Shown: one piece after another, positions 24,301 to 36,923 of the stretch
Position numbering within the stretch: position 1 is the stretch's first letter
How the letters are laid out: the number at the start of each line of letters is the position of its first letter
Origin: Squalus acanthias
Taxonomy: Eukaryota
DNA length: 64,000 nucleotides
Assembly (NCBI GenBank): GCA_030390025.1
Contig: CM059432.1
Span: 149,484,001-149,548,000, forward strand
Direction of reading: 5' to 3'
Notes under the pieces: generated by a model
Database searches by the model: none
The model's input: the letters and a program-made list of their open reading frames with translations, nothing else
What the model was told of the DNA's origin: nothing
Position numbers and translations under genes: made by a program

Positions 24301-25094
24301 CTATCTAATAAGAAAGGGAGATAGAAGATTAATCTGTTTGTTCGTTGGCTATCATCTATTGAACCCACCTCATCTTCTTCATTTCTATATTCTTAGTCAT
24401 TGGATATGAAGTACTCCACCTGCCACCATGGGTAGGTTACCAAATTGAGATGGAAGCCATTAGAGTATTGACCAGAATTGGGTACATCTATGCTGGCCAA
24501 CAACATCTCTTGCCATATAGATTAGTTAATGTCCTCATTGTGTTTGACTTTTTTTTAAAGACTAAACCCTCCAAGGCTGGTTTAAAATGGTCAGTCCGTG
24601 CCTGATCAAGTGTTCGTGTCTCCTCTTGGGTAAAATTAAGCTCTTTGATGAGGCCTGTGTCACATGTACTGAGTGTAGCTGGTTTCCTGTCATTTCACAA
24701 TGCAGTTTGACTACAAGATCGAACCCGCTTTGTCAGCAGTGAGCTATTTTGCAGGGAGTGGACGGTGGGAAATTGCACATGCAGCTTGCGATGAAGGGCT
24801 GCGAGTGTGCCACTTAAGCACCACCTACGAGCACGGCTACCCACTGGCAGCATCTGATTGTAAAATGAGTCCTTATATTGATCTTCCAGTTTGTTGTCTT
24901 GTGTGGTTTGTTGAGGATTGGCCATAATGTATGTGCAGTCTGTGTTACACAGTCACCTTTAACGACCATGGGTGAGGGTCCTGCCCAAGCCCAGACCCCG
25001 AGGTTTCAGACACACACCTGATGCTACAAATTGGGCCACCCCCAACAGGCTTTACCCATGCTCACAGCCAGAGGCACCTTCCGTAAGCAGGCCC

Positions 25095-25485
25095 CTGTCA
25101 GCCGTGGCTCGGTGGGTAGCACTCTTGCCTCAGAGTTGGAAGGTTGTGGGTTCAAGTGCCACTTCAGGCTGTCACTTCAGTGCAGTACTGAGGGAGTGCT
25201 GCGCTGTCAGGAGGTGCCATCTTTTGGACGCCCCATGGGATCTCTCGAGTGGACATAAGAGATCCCACAGCACTGTTTTGAAGAACAGCGGGGGGGGGGG
25301 GGGTGTCTTGGCCAATATTTATCGCTCAACCAACGTCACTAAAACAGATTTATCTGGCTATTATCTCATTGCTGTTTCCTACATTACAACAGTGATTACA
25401 CTCAAATGTACTTCATTGGCTATAAAGCGCTTTGGGACGTCCTGAGCTTATGAAAGGCGCTATATAAATGCAAATTCTTTCTTTA
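25095..25485 (+). mobile_element. Deu-domain tRNA SINE, degenerate
   Basis: A-box-like gtggctcggtgg, B-box-like gggttcaagt, Deu core remnant and aaggcgctatataaatgc tail. Confidence 0.75.
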
Positions 25486-25553
25486 TTGCCTCTTTTGAAC
25501 CGAAACATACCGTATGGGTATGGTAAATGAGATGTAGCATGACCTCGGGGAGT

Positions 25554-25910
25554 AAGAACATAAGAAATAGGAGCAGGAATAGGCCACTTGGCCCCTCGAG
25601 CCTGCTCCGCCATTCAATAAGATCATGGCTGATCTTGGGCTCAAAGCCACTTCCCTGCCTGCTCCCCATAACCCTTCACTCCCTTATCTTGCAAAAATCT
25701 GTCTATCTCCACCTTAAATGTATTTAATGACCCAGCCTCCACGGCTCTCTGGGGCAGAGAATTCCACAGATTTATGACCCTCTGAGAGAAGAAATTCCTC
25801 TTCATCTCAGTTCTAAAAGAGCGACCCTTTATTCTGAAACTATGCCCCCGAGTTCTAGATTTCCCCAGGAGGGGAAACATCCTCTCTGCATCTACCTTGT
25901 CGAGCCCCCT
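25554..25910 (-). mobile_element. CR1 LINE 3' end
   Basis: ORF 25641..25880 SRTRGHSFRIKGRSFRTEMKRNFFSQRVINLWNSLP. Confidence 0.9.
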
Positions 25911-26339
25911 GTAACCTTTTACTATTGGGTTATACTGAATATACTAAGAGTCAGGCACCTATGTGGAATTAGAGTTATATGTAGGCCAGACCAGGTAAGG
26001 GTGGCAGGTTACCTTCCCTGAAGGACAGTAGTGAGCCAGTTGGATTTTTACAACAAATAGGCTGCTTTCATGGTCATTTGTCTGGTGCGAGCCAGAAAAT
26101 GCTTTGTCTAGCAGGATTCCAATGATGAAGACAGCCATTTCAGATAATGCCTTTGTTTATTCCTTGCAGTAGCTCCTATTCTCTGAAGAATTAATCGAAA
26201 CAATTTTGCCTTGTCTTCCTTCATCTAATTAATAGAGACTGTGGTAGGCCTGTCTTTGTAGCTGGCACACATACTTCAGACAGAATCTATACATTTGTCT
26301 CCCCCACCCCCCCCCCCACCCACCCCACTCACTTATTCA

Positions 26340-26910
26340 AAGACAGCAACAAATCCTGCAATTATATAGCGCCTTTAACGTAGAAAAATGTCCCAAGGTG
26401 ATTCGGAGGAGTGTAATCTGACAAAAATTGACACTGAGCCAAAGAAGGAGACAATAGGCCAGGTGAAAGATGTAGGTTTTAAACAGCGTCTTAAAGGAGA
26501 AGAGAGAGGTAGAGAGGCGAAGAAATTTGGGGAAGGAATTCCAGAGCTTAGGGCCGAGACGGCTGAAGGCACGGCCGCCAATGGAGGGACGAAGAAAGTG
26601 AAGGATACACAAGAGGCCAGAGTTGGATGAATGCTGTCCTCAGAAGGTTGTAGAGCTGCAGAAGGTTACAGAGATCGGGAGGGGCGAGGAGGCCATGGAG
26701 GGATTTAAATGCGAGGATGAGAATTTTACAATCGAGGCGTTGCCGGACCGGGAGCCAGTATAGGTCAGCGAGCACAGGGGTGATGGGTGAACGGGACTTG
26801 GTGCGAGTTAGGATATGGGCAGCAGAGTTTTGGTTGAGCTCAAGTTTATGGAGGGTGGAAGATGGGAGGTTGGCCAGGAGAGCATTGGAATAGTCGAGGC
26901 TGGAAGTAAC
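26340..26910 (-). mobile_element. L2 LINE 3' fragment
   Basis: VTSSLDYSNALLANLP...QNSAAHILTRTKSRSPITPVLADLYWLPV and GGRAFSRLGPKLWNS. Confidence 0.88.
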
Positions 26911-27971
26911 GACAGAAATTTTTTCCAAACAGCAGTTAATAGAAATCAGTTTAAATTTGTTATTGATGCATAATGCTTCCAGCCAGAGTTGTATGCATTT
27001 GCTTCAAGTCCACATAGACGCACACACATGTGTGCAAAATAAACCTCTTCCAGGCAGAAGTTAACAACCAGTATAAATTTTCCAACTGAGATTGGAAAGG
27101 AAATGATATAACCTGGAAAAATGAGGAGGGTTGCACTTTGCATCTGACTGTGATATACCGGACCCAGGGGTGGTCTTTTTTCACTACTGGTCCCATTTTC
27201 CACTCTCCTTGATGAGTAAAGAAATCTGCTGAAAAATAAACCATATAGAAAGAGGCAGGTCTCAGTAGAGGCGACCCTAATGAATCGGGAAAGCGACCTC
27301 ACTCCTTCCTCCGACCGGTGAATGGTGCCGTGTTTGTCCAAAAGATCAGAACACTTGCAGGGGGAGTGGGGCGGGGGGGGGGGGGGGGGGGGCATGCGGG
27401 GACATTCCTCGCTAATGTGCTGCAAATAATACCATTTCCCAAACATTGTCATTATCAGATCAAACAGCATTAATAAAACAACATACACTGAACTTTACAT
27501 ACTAATAGTAACAAGTGGAAATGCTATGTATAGTCAGGTGGAATAATGAGGGCAGTTTTAATCTAGCCCGCCCAATTTTACTCTCCATTTAAGTAATTGA
27601 CTTCAATGGAGCTAAAAATCGGGAGATATGTAAAACCAACTGCCGACTCGCAAAAACCCATTTTACACTGTCGCACAAAGTTAAAATTGTGGGCTAGGTT
27701 CACATCCAGCTTAGACTGATAGGATGAAAGTCTCCTCTTTGTAGAGCCTTTAAGGCTACTAGATGAAATGAGATTGGGGAGCCTCAGTCCAGTTCCTAAT
27801 GGGAATGGCCCCACAACTTTTCAGTGCCCCTAATTTTTGCACAAAATCAGTAATCTCACTTATAGAGGCTACAGGATGGCTGGCGTAGGAAAAGGAAAAA
27901 TCACGCCACTACTGTAGGAGCTGTGTCATGTTAGCGCAGTGTAGAGGAAGTTTTACTCTGCATCCATGTAT

Positions 27972-28480
27972 AACATAAGAACATAAGACGTAGGAGCAGG
28001 AGTAGGTCATTCGGCCCCTCGAGCCTGCTCCGCCATTCAATAAGATCATGGCTGATCTGATCTTGGCCTCAACTCCACTTCCCTGCCCATTCCCCATAAC
28101 CCTCGACTCCCTTATCGTTCAAAAATCTGTCTATCTCCACCTTAAATATATTCAATGACCCAGCCTCCACAGCTCTCTGGGGAAGAGAATTCCAAAGATT
28201 CACGACCCTCTGAGAGAAGAAATTCCTCCTCATTTCCAATTTAAATGGGTGCCCCCTTATTCTGAAATTCTGCCCCCTAGTTCTAGATTCCCCCACGAGG
28301 GGAAACATCCTCTCTGCATCTACCCTGTCAAGCCCCTTCAGAATCTTATATGTTTCAATAGGATCCCCTCTCATTCTTCTAAACTCCAATGAGTATAGGC
28401 CCAACCTGCTCAACCTTTCTTCATAAGACAACCCCCTCATCTCTGGAATCAACCTCGTGAACCTTCTCTGAATTGCCTGC
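27972..28480 (-). mobile_element. CR1 LINE 3' end
   Basis: ORF 28069..28575 QRRFTRLIPEMRGLSYEERL...LWNSLPQRAVEA. Confidence 0.9.
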
Positions 28481-28534
28481 AATGGAATGTGTTCCATTCC
28501 CCAGCACCAACAACCTTTACGTTGACCAGCACAG

Positions 28535-28673
28535 CATTTACTGTGATGAGTGTCTGTGGCCAAGGGCGGTATCATTTACTCATCATTTACTGTGATGAGT
28601 GTCTGTGCCAAGGGCGGTATCATTTACTCATCATTTACTGTGATGAGTGTCTGTGGCCAAGGGCGGTATCATT
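28535..28673. repeat. About 3 copies of a ~49 bp tandem repeat next to a DCLK3 acceptor
   Basis: Unit catttactgtgatgagtgtctgtggccaagggcggtatcatttactcat. Confidence 0.9.
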
Positions 28674-28708
28674 TTAATGGTTTTGCTGTGTTTGTCTTCC
28701 AACTGTAG

Positions 28709-28841
28709 GTTCAGCACAAAGCCGATGGAAGCACAGTATTAAAACTAGCCGACTTCGGCCTCGCTCTGAAAGTGACCGAGCCCATATTTACTGTCTGTGG
28801 GACACCGACATATGTGGCTCCTGAAATCCTCTCTGAGACAG
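28709..28841 (+). CDS. DCLK3: DCLK3 kinase exon (DFG to APE)
   Basis: ctgtag|GTTCAG...GAGACAG|gtatt, 133 nt. Translates [44 protein letters not shown](G), in frame with the previous exon. Confidence 0.95.
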
Positions 28842-29047
28842 GTATTAAAGAGTACAAGAAAAACGTATCCTTACGTCAGGAATGAAAATATTGTAGACTT
28901 GTATACTCTGCGATCCTGTTAATCACTGTGCCGATCACCCCCCAGAAGCTTTGCAGGACAGAGCTTTACAGCAGACAGTTACTCGTTGTGCAGCCTCTTT
29001 TGTTATTTGTACTCCACCTTGGTCATGTTTCTTCAGTTGTCTGTATT

Positions 29048-29575
29048 ACATAAGAACATAAGAAATAGGAGCAGGAATAGGCCACTTGGCCCCTCGAGCC
29101 TGCTCCGCCATTCAATAAGATCATGGCTGATCTTGGGCTCAAAGCCACTTCCCTGCCCGCTCCCCATAACCCTTCACTCCCTTATCTTGCAAAAATCTGT
29201 CTATCTCCACCTTAAATGTATTTAATGACCCAGCCTCCACAGCTCTCTGGGGCAGAGAATTCCACAGATTTACGACCCTCAGAGAAGAAATTCCTCCTCA
29301 TCTCAGTTCTAAAAGGGCGACCCTTTATTCTAAAACTGTGCCCCCGAGTTTTAGATTTCCCCACAAGGGGAAACATCCTCTCTGCATCTACCCTTGTCGA
29401 GCCCCCTCAGTATCTTATATGTTTCAATAAGATCACCTCTCATTCTTCTAAATTCCAGTGAGTATAGGCCCAGCCTGCTCAACCTTTCCTCATAAGTCAA
29501 ACCCCTCATCTCTGGAATTAACCTAGTGAATCGTCTCTGAACTGCCTCCAATGCAAGTATATCCTTCCTTAAAGA
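29048..29575 (-). mobile_element. CR1 LINE 3' end
   Basis: LRKDILALEAVQRRFTRLIPEMRGLTYEERL and a CR1 tail. Confidence 0.9.
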
Positions 29576-30039
29576 AGTATTGTACTTGTCTTCATTCCTG
29601 TGCCTAGTGTATTGCTCTCCATCATCCACCAATTTCTACTATACACCAGAGGGCTTCCATCCCTTGTGGTGGATGATAAAGTAACTCCGCGAGCCACTTA
29701 AACGGGAGGTACTGGGCACTGCATGTGGGCAGTACCTTCCAATAAGAACATAAGGTATGGAATGAGCAAAGGCCATTCGACTCACCAAGCCAACTCCTTC
29801 AACCCACCGTGAATAATGGAGCTGTTTGCAGATTCTGTACCACCTATTTGAAGTTTCTGGGGGAGAATTCTGTATAATTATTCATTGCTCAGACCTCATC
29901 CACCCCAGTACTGCAGGAATCATTGGGGTAAAGGTAACCATGTAGCCCCCCTCCTCCCCGGGCGGGAATGTGGGCGCGGCACTAGGGTTGACCAATTCCA
30001 TCGACTCGTTTGAATAAGAAGTAGTAGCTCCTCTTCCCT

Positions 30040-30570
30040 CAGACTTTCCTTCCCCTTTAAGGAATTGCATTCGGTTGTAAGATATGAGGCTAGATTATTG
30101 TGTGAAAATGTACTTCCTGATTTCACTGCTGAATGGTTTAGCTCTGATTTTAATATTATGCCATCTGGTTCTGGATTCCTCCACCATGGGAACAGTTTCT
30201 CTCTATCTACTCTGTCGAACCCCTGTACATTGTAAAGACCTCAATTAGATTGCCCCTCAACCTTCTAAACTCAAGGGAATACAAACCAAGTTTATGCAAC
30301 CTGTCTGCATCATTTAACCCTTTAAGTGCCATTCTGGTGAATCTGCGCTGCACCTCCTCCAAGGCCAACATGTCCTTCCTGAGGTGCGGCGCCCAGGACT
30401 GAGCGCAGTTACTCCAGACGGGCTCTGACCCAGGTTCTGTACAACTGAGACATCACTTCCTCCCCTTTGTAACCCAGCCCCCTGAGATCAAGGCCAACAC
30501 TCCGTTAGCCCTTTTCGATTGCTTTTTGCACCTGTACACTAGCATTTAGTGATTTGTGCACCTGGATCAC
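30040..30570 (-). mobile_element. Older CR1 LINE fragment
   Basis: Degenerate match to the ORF2 C-terminus of the other CR1 copies (e.g. ccttcctgaggtgcggcgcccaggactg). Confidence 0.6.
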
Positions 30571-30943
30571 TAAGAGCGGGTACAAAAAGGCAAATGGAAT
30601 GTTGACCTTTCACCAGTGTGTGCATTTAATCCTTTATTGACCTTTTTGATACATATAACTTTACTCAAGGCTATAATTTTAAGATACTGATGTCATTTTG
30701 CGGCAGTAAGTTAAACTTAACCTCCTCACGTTTGTAACATGTGTTCTGATTACGTACATTTACCGTTACACTACTAATAACAAACAAAGGGGCTCTCCCC
30801 CCCCCACCACCCCTGTTTGTGATGCTCAGGTCAATAGATTTACTGCTATAGCCCTCAACTACAGTTAATAACTGTGTAGCTGTCGTAGACTGAGTGACGC
30901 CAGTCCACACTGACTTGAACGCTGGCTCTTATTCTTTTGATAG

Positions 30944-31111
30944 GCTATGGGTTAGAGGTGGATATGTGGGCCACCGGTGTCATCCTGTATATCCTGCTGT
31001 GTGGCTTTCCTCCATTTCGCAGTCTGGAGCGAGACCAAGAGGAGTTATTTGAAATCATCCAACTTGGGGAATATGAATACCTCTCTCCATACTGGGACAA
31101 TATTTCTGATG
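30944..31111 (+). CDS. DCLK3: DCLK3 kinase exon (subdomains IX-X)
   Basis: ttttgatag|GCTATG...TCTGATG|gtgagc, 168 nt, phase 1-1. Translates (G)[55 protein letters not shown]. Confidence 0.95.
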
Positions 31112-31701
31112 GTGAGCATTATTTCATTTCAAGCCGTGGCTAGTCAGTGTAATCAGCTGAATGGTGATGAGTTGACAGACATCGTCTGCACTTATTTGGA
31201 GCTGTTGCCCAGATTAATGATGGGAGTTGCTTTTATAGTAATTTTTCTGATTACTACCTCCGAGAGCTTTTTGTTTTACACCATCGAAACGTGCGGAGAT
31301 GAGCACTACTATCGCTGTACTTAGCAGCATGAGAAAATGGTGGAGTTTAATTCTTTCCCCCTCCCTCAGCAGAAGATTTGGAATTCTGTGCAGCTGCGGC
31401 AGGGATGTGCAAGCTTTGTGTGTTGGGCAGCGTAGGTGAGTATCGTGGACCCTCAGGGCAACAGATAGGGGGTGAAATTCAATTTTGGCGGGGGCACAGA
31501 ACTGGCAGTAGTGGATCAGCCTCCCATGCTACATCCCACCCTAATTTACGTATCACTGAAGCCAAGTTTTACACTCCCGCCTAAGTTGAATTTTACTCCC
31601 ATAATGTTTAAACCCTGTTCCCATTAATTTGCATATATCTCCAGTTTTGATAATAACAGGTGTTCTGATTTTTGGGAAAACAGCCCTTTCTAAAACTTCA
31701 G

Positions 31702-32265
31702 GTGTCAGCCTTGGCTCAGTGGTAGCATTCTTGGCTCTCAGTCACAAGGCCGTGGGTTCAATCCCCACTCCAGGCACTTGAGCACATAATCTTAGCTGAC
31801 ATTTCAGTGCCGCGCTGACGGATTGCCGCGCTGACATCGTGCCGCGCTGACGAAGTGCCGCGCTGACGGAGTGCCGCGCTGACGGAGTGCCGCGCTGACG
31901 GAGTGCCGCGCTGACGGAGTGCCGCGCTGATGGAGTGTTGCACCGACGGAGTGCCGTGCTGTCAGAGGTACTGTCTTATTGATGAGAAGTTAATCTGAGG
32001 CCCTGTCTGCCCTCTCAGGTGGACTTAAAAGATCCCAATGGGACTATTGGAAGAAGAGCAGGGATTTTCTCCTAATTGGCTAATATTTATCCCTCAACCA
32101 ACATCACCAAAACCGATTATCTGGTCATTGCTGTTTGTGGGAGCTTACCATGCACAAATTGGCTGCCAAATTTGCATAAATAACAACAGTGACTACACTT
32201 CACAAGTACTCTTGTTGGGATGTCCCAAGGTTGTGAAAGGCGCTATATAAATGCAAGTTCTTTTT
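31702..32265 (+). mobile_element. Deu-domain SINE with an internal 16 bp minisatellite (~31808-31960)
   Basis: tRNA-like head tggctcagtggtagc...gggttcaatccc, then (gtgccgcgctgacgga)n, Deu core and tail. Confidence 0.8.
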
Positions 32266-33392
32266 CGTTCTTTCAGGCCCACAGGTTTCACAAGGGACAA
32301 ACCAGAGAATTAGAAATGTCAATACAAATGGCACTGAATTATCTTGGCTTCAAGGCCTGGATTCCCAGGGATTCGGGCTGCAGCTTGGATACTCCTTCAC
32401 GAACAATACTTTTGTTCTTTTCATTCCGCACTCATTCTCGCTCCTCCTTTGACACCTTCCTGGGGTAGCGTGCCAAGGGTGCCTGGCATTCACTGGTGCT
32501 TCCCCAAATGGGCGTTTGTTCATGTGTGGAACTGAGCAGCGAGAGTCAGGGGGCTGTTTAACTGGGTGTGGAGGGGGGGAGCCTCAAACCCAGCCCACCT
32601 AACCGAGGCTCCCCCAACCCACACTTCCATCAGATATTGATCAGGAGTGAGAGCTCAGACTCCCACACACTCTCCACCCAAGCCCAGATGTGCTGAGGCC
32701 AATTGTAAAGCCCGACTGTGACCTCAGCTGAGCGCAGCTGAAACAGTTCAGGGATCGAACATGGACCTTTTGTGGTTTGTATGGCTCCGCTGGATAGCAC
32801 AGAGGAAGATTTTGCATTTTTATGGCACCTCATCACACCCTCGGGGTCATATGCAATGTCGACCTCACAAGTGACTTCAAAAGTAATTCAAACACAGCAG
32901 TCAAATTGTGCACAGTACGATCCCACAAATAGCAAATAAGGCAAATCCCAATTTTGGTTGGGTGAGGAACGTCTTGCTTTTCTTAAAAATAATGACAGCA
33001 GAGCTTGTCTACCTAAAGCGGCCAGCAGGATCACAGTTTAACATCTCATCCGCAAGACACCACCTCCAACAATGCAGCACTCCCTTAATCCTGAGGTGAG
33101 CAGGACACGGTCTCGCTAACCCGAAGGCCTGGAGTGGAACTCGAACTCACAACCTTCTGACTCAGAGGTGAGACTGTCAGCTGCTCGCTGGATAGCGTTG
33201 CACATGGTTTTAAACCTCTTATTAAAACCAGGCTGTCTGTGTCTGTTCTTGTTGCTACCGACGTGACTTTAATTTCCTGAGTGGCGCGTTGTAGAAATTC
33301 TAGGCCCAGGTAAATATCGACCAAATCATTTGAGTTTACAGTGTGGCCACCGCCTCATTACAAAAAGTCACCAGAGTTCCATCTGTCTTCAA

Positions 33393-35172
33393 CCGTCAGT
33401 GCCGGTCAATATCCAGTCTAGCCGTGTACAGTCAGTGCCGGTCAATATCCAGTCTAGCCGTGTACAGTCAGTGCTGGCCAATATCCAGTCTAGCCGTGTA
33501 CAGCCAGTGCCGGTCAATATCCAGTCTAGCCGTGTACAGTCAGTGTCGGCCAATATCCAGTCTAGCCGTGTACAGTCAGTGCCGGTCAATATCCAGTCTA
33601 GCCGTGTACAGTCAGTGCCGGACAATATCTAGTCTAGCCGTGTACAGTCAGTGCCGGCCAATATCCAGTCTAGCCGTGTACAGTCAGTGCTGACCAATAT
33701 CCAGTCTAGCCGTGTACAGTCAGTGCCGGTCAATATCCAGTCTAGCCATGTACAGTCAGTGCCGGTCAGTATCCAGTCTAGCCGTGTACAGTCACTGCCG
33801 GTCAATATCCAGTCTAGCCATGTACAGTCAATGTCGGTCAATATCCTAGTCTAGCCGTGTACAGTCAGTGTCGACCAATATCCAGTCTAGCCGTGTACAG
33901 TCAGTGCCAGTCAATATCCAGTCTAGCCGTGTACAGTCAGTGCCGGTCAATATCCAGTCTAGCCGTGTACAGTCAGTGCTGACCAATATCCAGTCTAGCC
34001 GTGTACAGTCAGTGCCGGTCAATATCCAGTCTAGCCATGTACAGTCAGTGTCGACCAATATCCAGTCTAGCCGTGTACAGTCAGTGCCGACCAATATCCA
34101 GTCTAGCCGTGTACAGTCACTGTCGACCAATATCCAGTCTAGTCGTGTACAGTCAGTGTCGACCAATATCCAGTCTAGTCGTGTACAGTCAGTGTCGACC
34201 AATATCCAGTCTAGCCGTGTACAGTCAATGTCGGCCAATATCCAGTCTAGTCGTGTACAGTCAGTGCCGGTCGATATCCAATCTAGCCGTGTACAGTCAC
34301 TGTCGACCAATATCCAGTCTAGCCATGAACAGTCAGTGCCAGCCAATATCCAGTCTAGCCGTGTACAGTCAATGTCGGCCAATATCCTAGTCTAGCCGTG
34401 TACAGTCAGTGCCGGTCAATATCCAGTCTAGCCGTGTACAGTCAGTGCCGACCAATATCCAATCTAGCCGTGTACAGTCAGTGCCGGTCAATATCCAGTC
34501 TAGCCGTGTACAGTCAGTGCCGGTCAATATCCAGTCTAGCCGTGTACAGTCAATATTAACCAATATCCAGTCTAGCCGTGTACAGTCACTGTCGACCAAT
34601 ATCCAGTCTAGTCGTGTACAGTCAGTGTCGACCAATATCCAGTCTAGCCGTGTACAGTCGATGTTGGCCAATATCCTAGTCTAGCCGTGTACAGTCAGTG
34701 CCAGCCAATATCCAGTCTAGCCATGTATAGTCAGTGTCGACCAATATCCAGTCTAGCCGTGTACAGTCAGTGTCGACCAATATCCAGTCTAGCCGTGTAC
34801 AGTCAGTGTCGACCAATATCCAGTCTAGCCGTGTACAGTCAGTGTCGACCAATATCCAGTCTAGCCGTGTACAGTCAGTGCCGGCCAATATCCAGTCTAG
34901 CCGTGTACAGTCAGTGCCGGCCAATATCCAGTCTAGCCGTGTACAGTCGATGTCGACCAATATCCAGTCTAGCCGTGTACAGTCAGTGTCGACCAATATC
35001 CAGTCTATCCGTGTACAGTCAGTGTCGGCCAATATCCAGTCTAGCCTTGTACAGTCAGTGTCGACCAATATCCAGTCTAGCCGTATACAGTCAGTGCCGG
35101 CCAATATCCTAGTCTAGCCGTGTACAGTCAGTGCCGACCAATATCCTGTCTAGCCGTGTACAGTCAGTGTCA
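33393..35172. repeat. 36 bp minisatellite, about 49 copies, in the last DCLK3 intron
   Basis: Unit cagtcagtgccggtcaatatccagtctagccgtgta; the ORF track shows a 12 aa period. Confidence 0.97.
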
Positions 35173-35374
35173 GCTGGTATCCTTTTCCTAGATGTTAAGT
35201 GATAGGTATTTGTAACTTGAAAACTGTGTAGCCTTTCTGTTAAGTAGCTGACTTGAAATCAATAACAGATGCTTTGCTCTATCTGTTTCACCAGTTAGTT
35301 GATTAATGAGTTTCACCTGCAGGGTATTATAATTAAATCTTCAAGAATCCTACAGGATTGTAATTTTGCAGTAA

Positions 35375-36440
35375 AAACGGCCCTGCTCATCTTTGAAGAG
35401 GGCCACAGGATCTTTTACGTCCATCTGAGATGTGAGACGGGGCCTCGGTTTAACCTCCCATCTGAAAATGTCACCTCCGACAGTGCAGCGCTCCCTCAGT
35501 ACTGCCCCTCCGACAATGCTGCAGACCCTCAGTACTGCACCTCCAACAGTGCAGCGCTCCCTCAGTACTGCCCCTCCGACAGTGCGCTGCTCTCTCAGTA
35601 CTGCCCCTCCGACAGTGCGCTGCTCTCTCAGTACTGCCCCTCCGACAGTGCGGCGCTCCCTCAGTACTGCCCTTCCGACAGTGCGCCGCTCCCTCAGTAC
35701 TGCTCCTCCGACAGTGCAGCGCTCCCTCAGTACTGCCCCTCTGACAGTGCAGCGCTCCCTCAGTACTGCCCCTCCGACAGTGCGGCGCTCCCTCAGTACT
35801 GCCCCTCCGACAGTGCGCTGCTCCCTCAGTACTGCTCCTCCGACAGTGCAGCGCTCCCTCAGTACTGCCCCTCTGACAGTGCAGCGCTCCCTCAGTACTG
35901 CCCCTCCGACAGTGCGGCACTCCCTCAGTACTGCCCCTCCGACAGTGCGGCACTCCCTCAGTACTGCCCCTCCGACAGTGCGGCACTCCCTCAGTACTGC
36001 CCCTCCGACAGTGCGGCGCTCCCTCAGTACTGCCCCTCCGACAGTGCAGCACTCCCTCAGTACTGCTCCTCCGACAGTGCAGCACTCCCTCAGTACTGCC
36101 CCTCCGACAGTGCGGCACTCCCTCAGTACTGCCCCTCCGACAGTGAGGCACTCCCTCAGTACTGCTCCTCCGACAGTGTGGCACTCCCTCAGTACTGTCC
36201 CTCCGACAGTGCGGCACTCCCTCAGTACTGCTCCTCCGACAGTCCTCCGACAGTGCAGCACTCTCTCAGTACTGCCCCTCCGACAGTGCGGCGCTCCCTC
36301 AGTACTGCTCCTCCGACAGTGCGGCGCTCCCTCAGTACTGCACTCAAATGTTAGCCTGGATTGTATGCTCAAGTCCATAGTGAGGCTTGAACTCATAACC
36401 GTCTGACTCCGAGTCTACCAACTGAGCCAAGCTGACACCA
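35375..36440 (-). mobile_element. Deu-domain SINE with an internal 33 bp minisatellite (~35472-36340, about 26 copies)
   Basis: Deu core at ~35380-35470 and tRNA-like head at ~36345-36440 flank (ccgacagtgcagcgctccctcagtactgcccct)n. Confidence 0.9.
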
Positions 36441-36726
36441 GTTAACAAAAAAACTTGTATATGTGATGAGGGAATCTTTTAAATGCAGAGTTCCTATCTG
36501 CCACTACTAGCTTTATGTAGCAAATATATCCACGGATAGAAAACTGTGGGCTGTGCATGCATGATTACCCAATATGTGCTGCAGGCTGGTACAACTCCGC
36601 TCCGGGAGCCCGCAACTGAAACAGTTACCTTCCAAGATTGTCCTGTTGTTGCAGTGGGGGCTGTGCTCGTGCTTCGGTGGTAGGTGGCAGGATTTGGATG
36701 ACTGTTTCCTGGTCTGCTTTGCTCAG

Positions 36727-36923
36727 GTGCCAAGGATCTTGTTAGCAAGCTGCTGGCGGTGAAGCCTCGGAATCGGTACACCGCGCAGCAAGTCCTCCGG
36801 CATGCTTGGATCTGGTCGGCCGGCAAAAGGAACGCTCACAACCTACAGAGGGAAGTGAGTATGTACATCAAGCAACATTTCAGGAGCTGCCGTCGTCGGG
36901 AGATTCTGAATTCTGCAACGTAG
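36727..36923 (+). CDS. DCLK3: DCLK3 last coding exon
   Basis: ctttgctcag|GTGCCAAG. Translates (G)AKDLVSKLLAVKPRNRYTAQQVLRHAWIWSAGKRNAHNLQREVSMYIKQHFRSCRRREILNSAT*, TAG at 36921-36923. Confidence 0.93.

Noticed and set aside
31702..31775. tRNA gene
   Set aside because: The A/B boxes belong to a SINE head that continues into the Deu core and tail.
33393..35172. 36 bp periodic array resembling a CRISPR repeat length
   Set aside because: Units are head-to-tail with no unique spacers, there are no cas genes, and the context is a vertebrate intron.
35299..36406. Overlapping 248-351 aa ORFs on both strands
   Set aside because: Translations of the 33 bp SINE-derived minisatellite.
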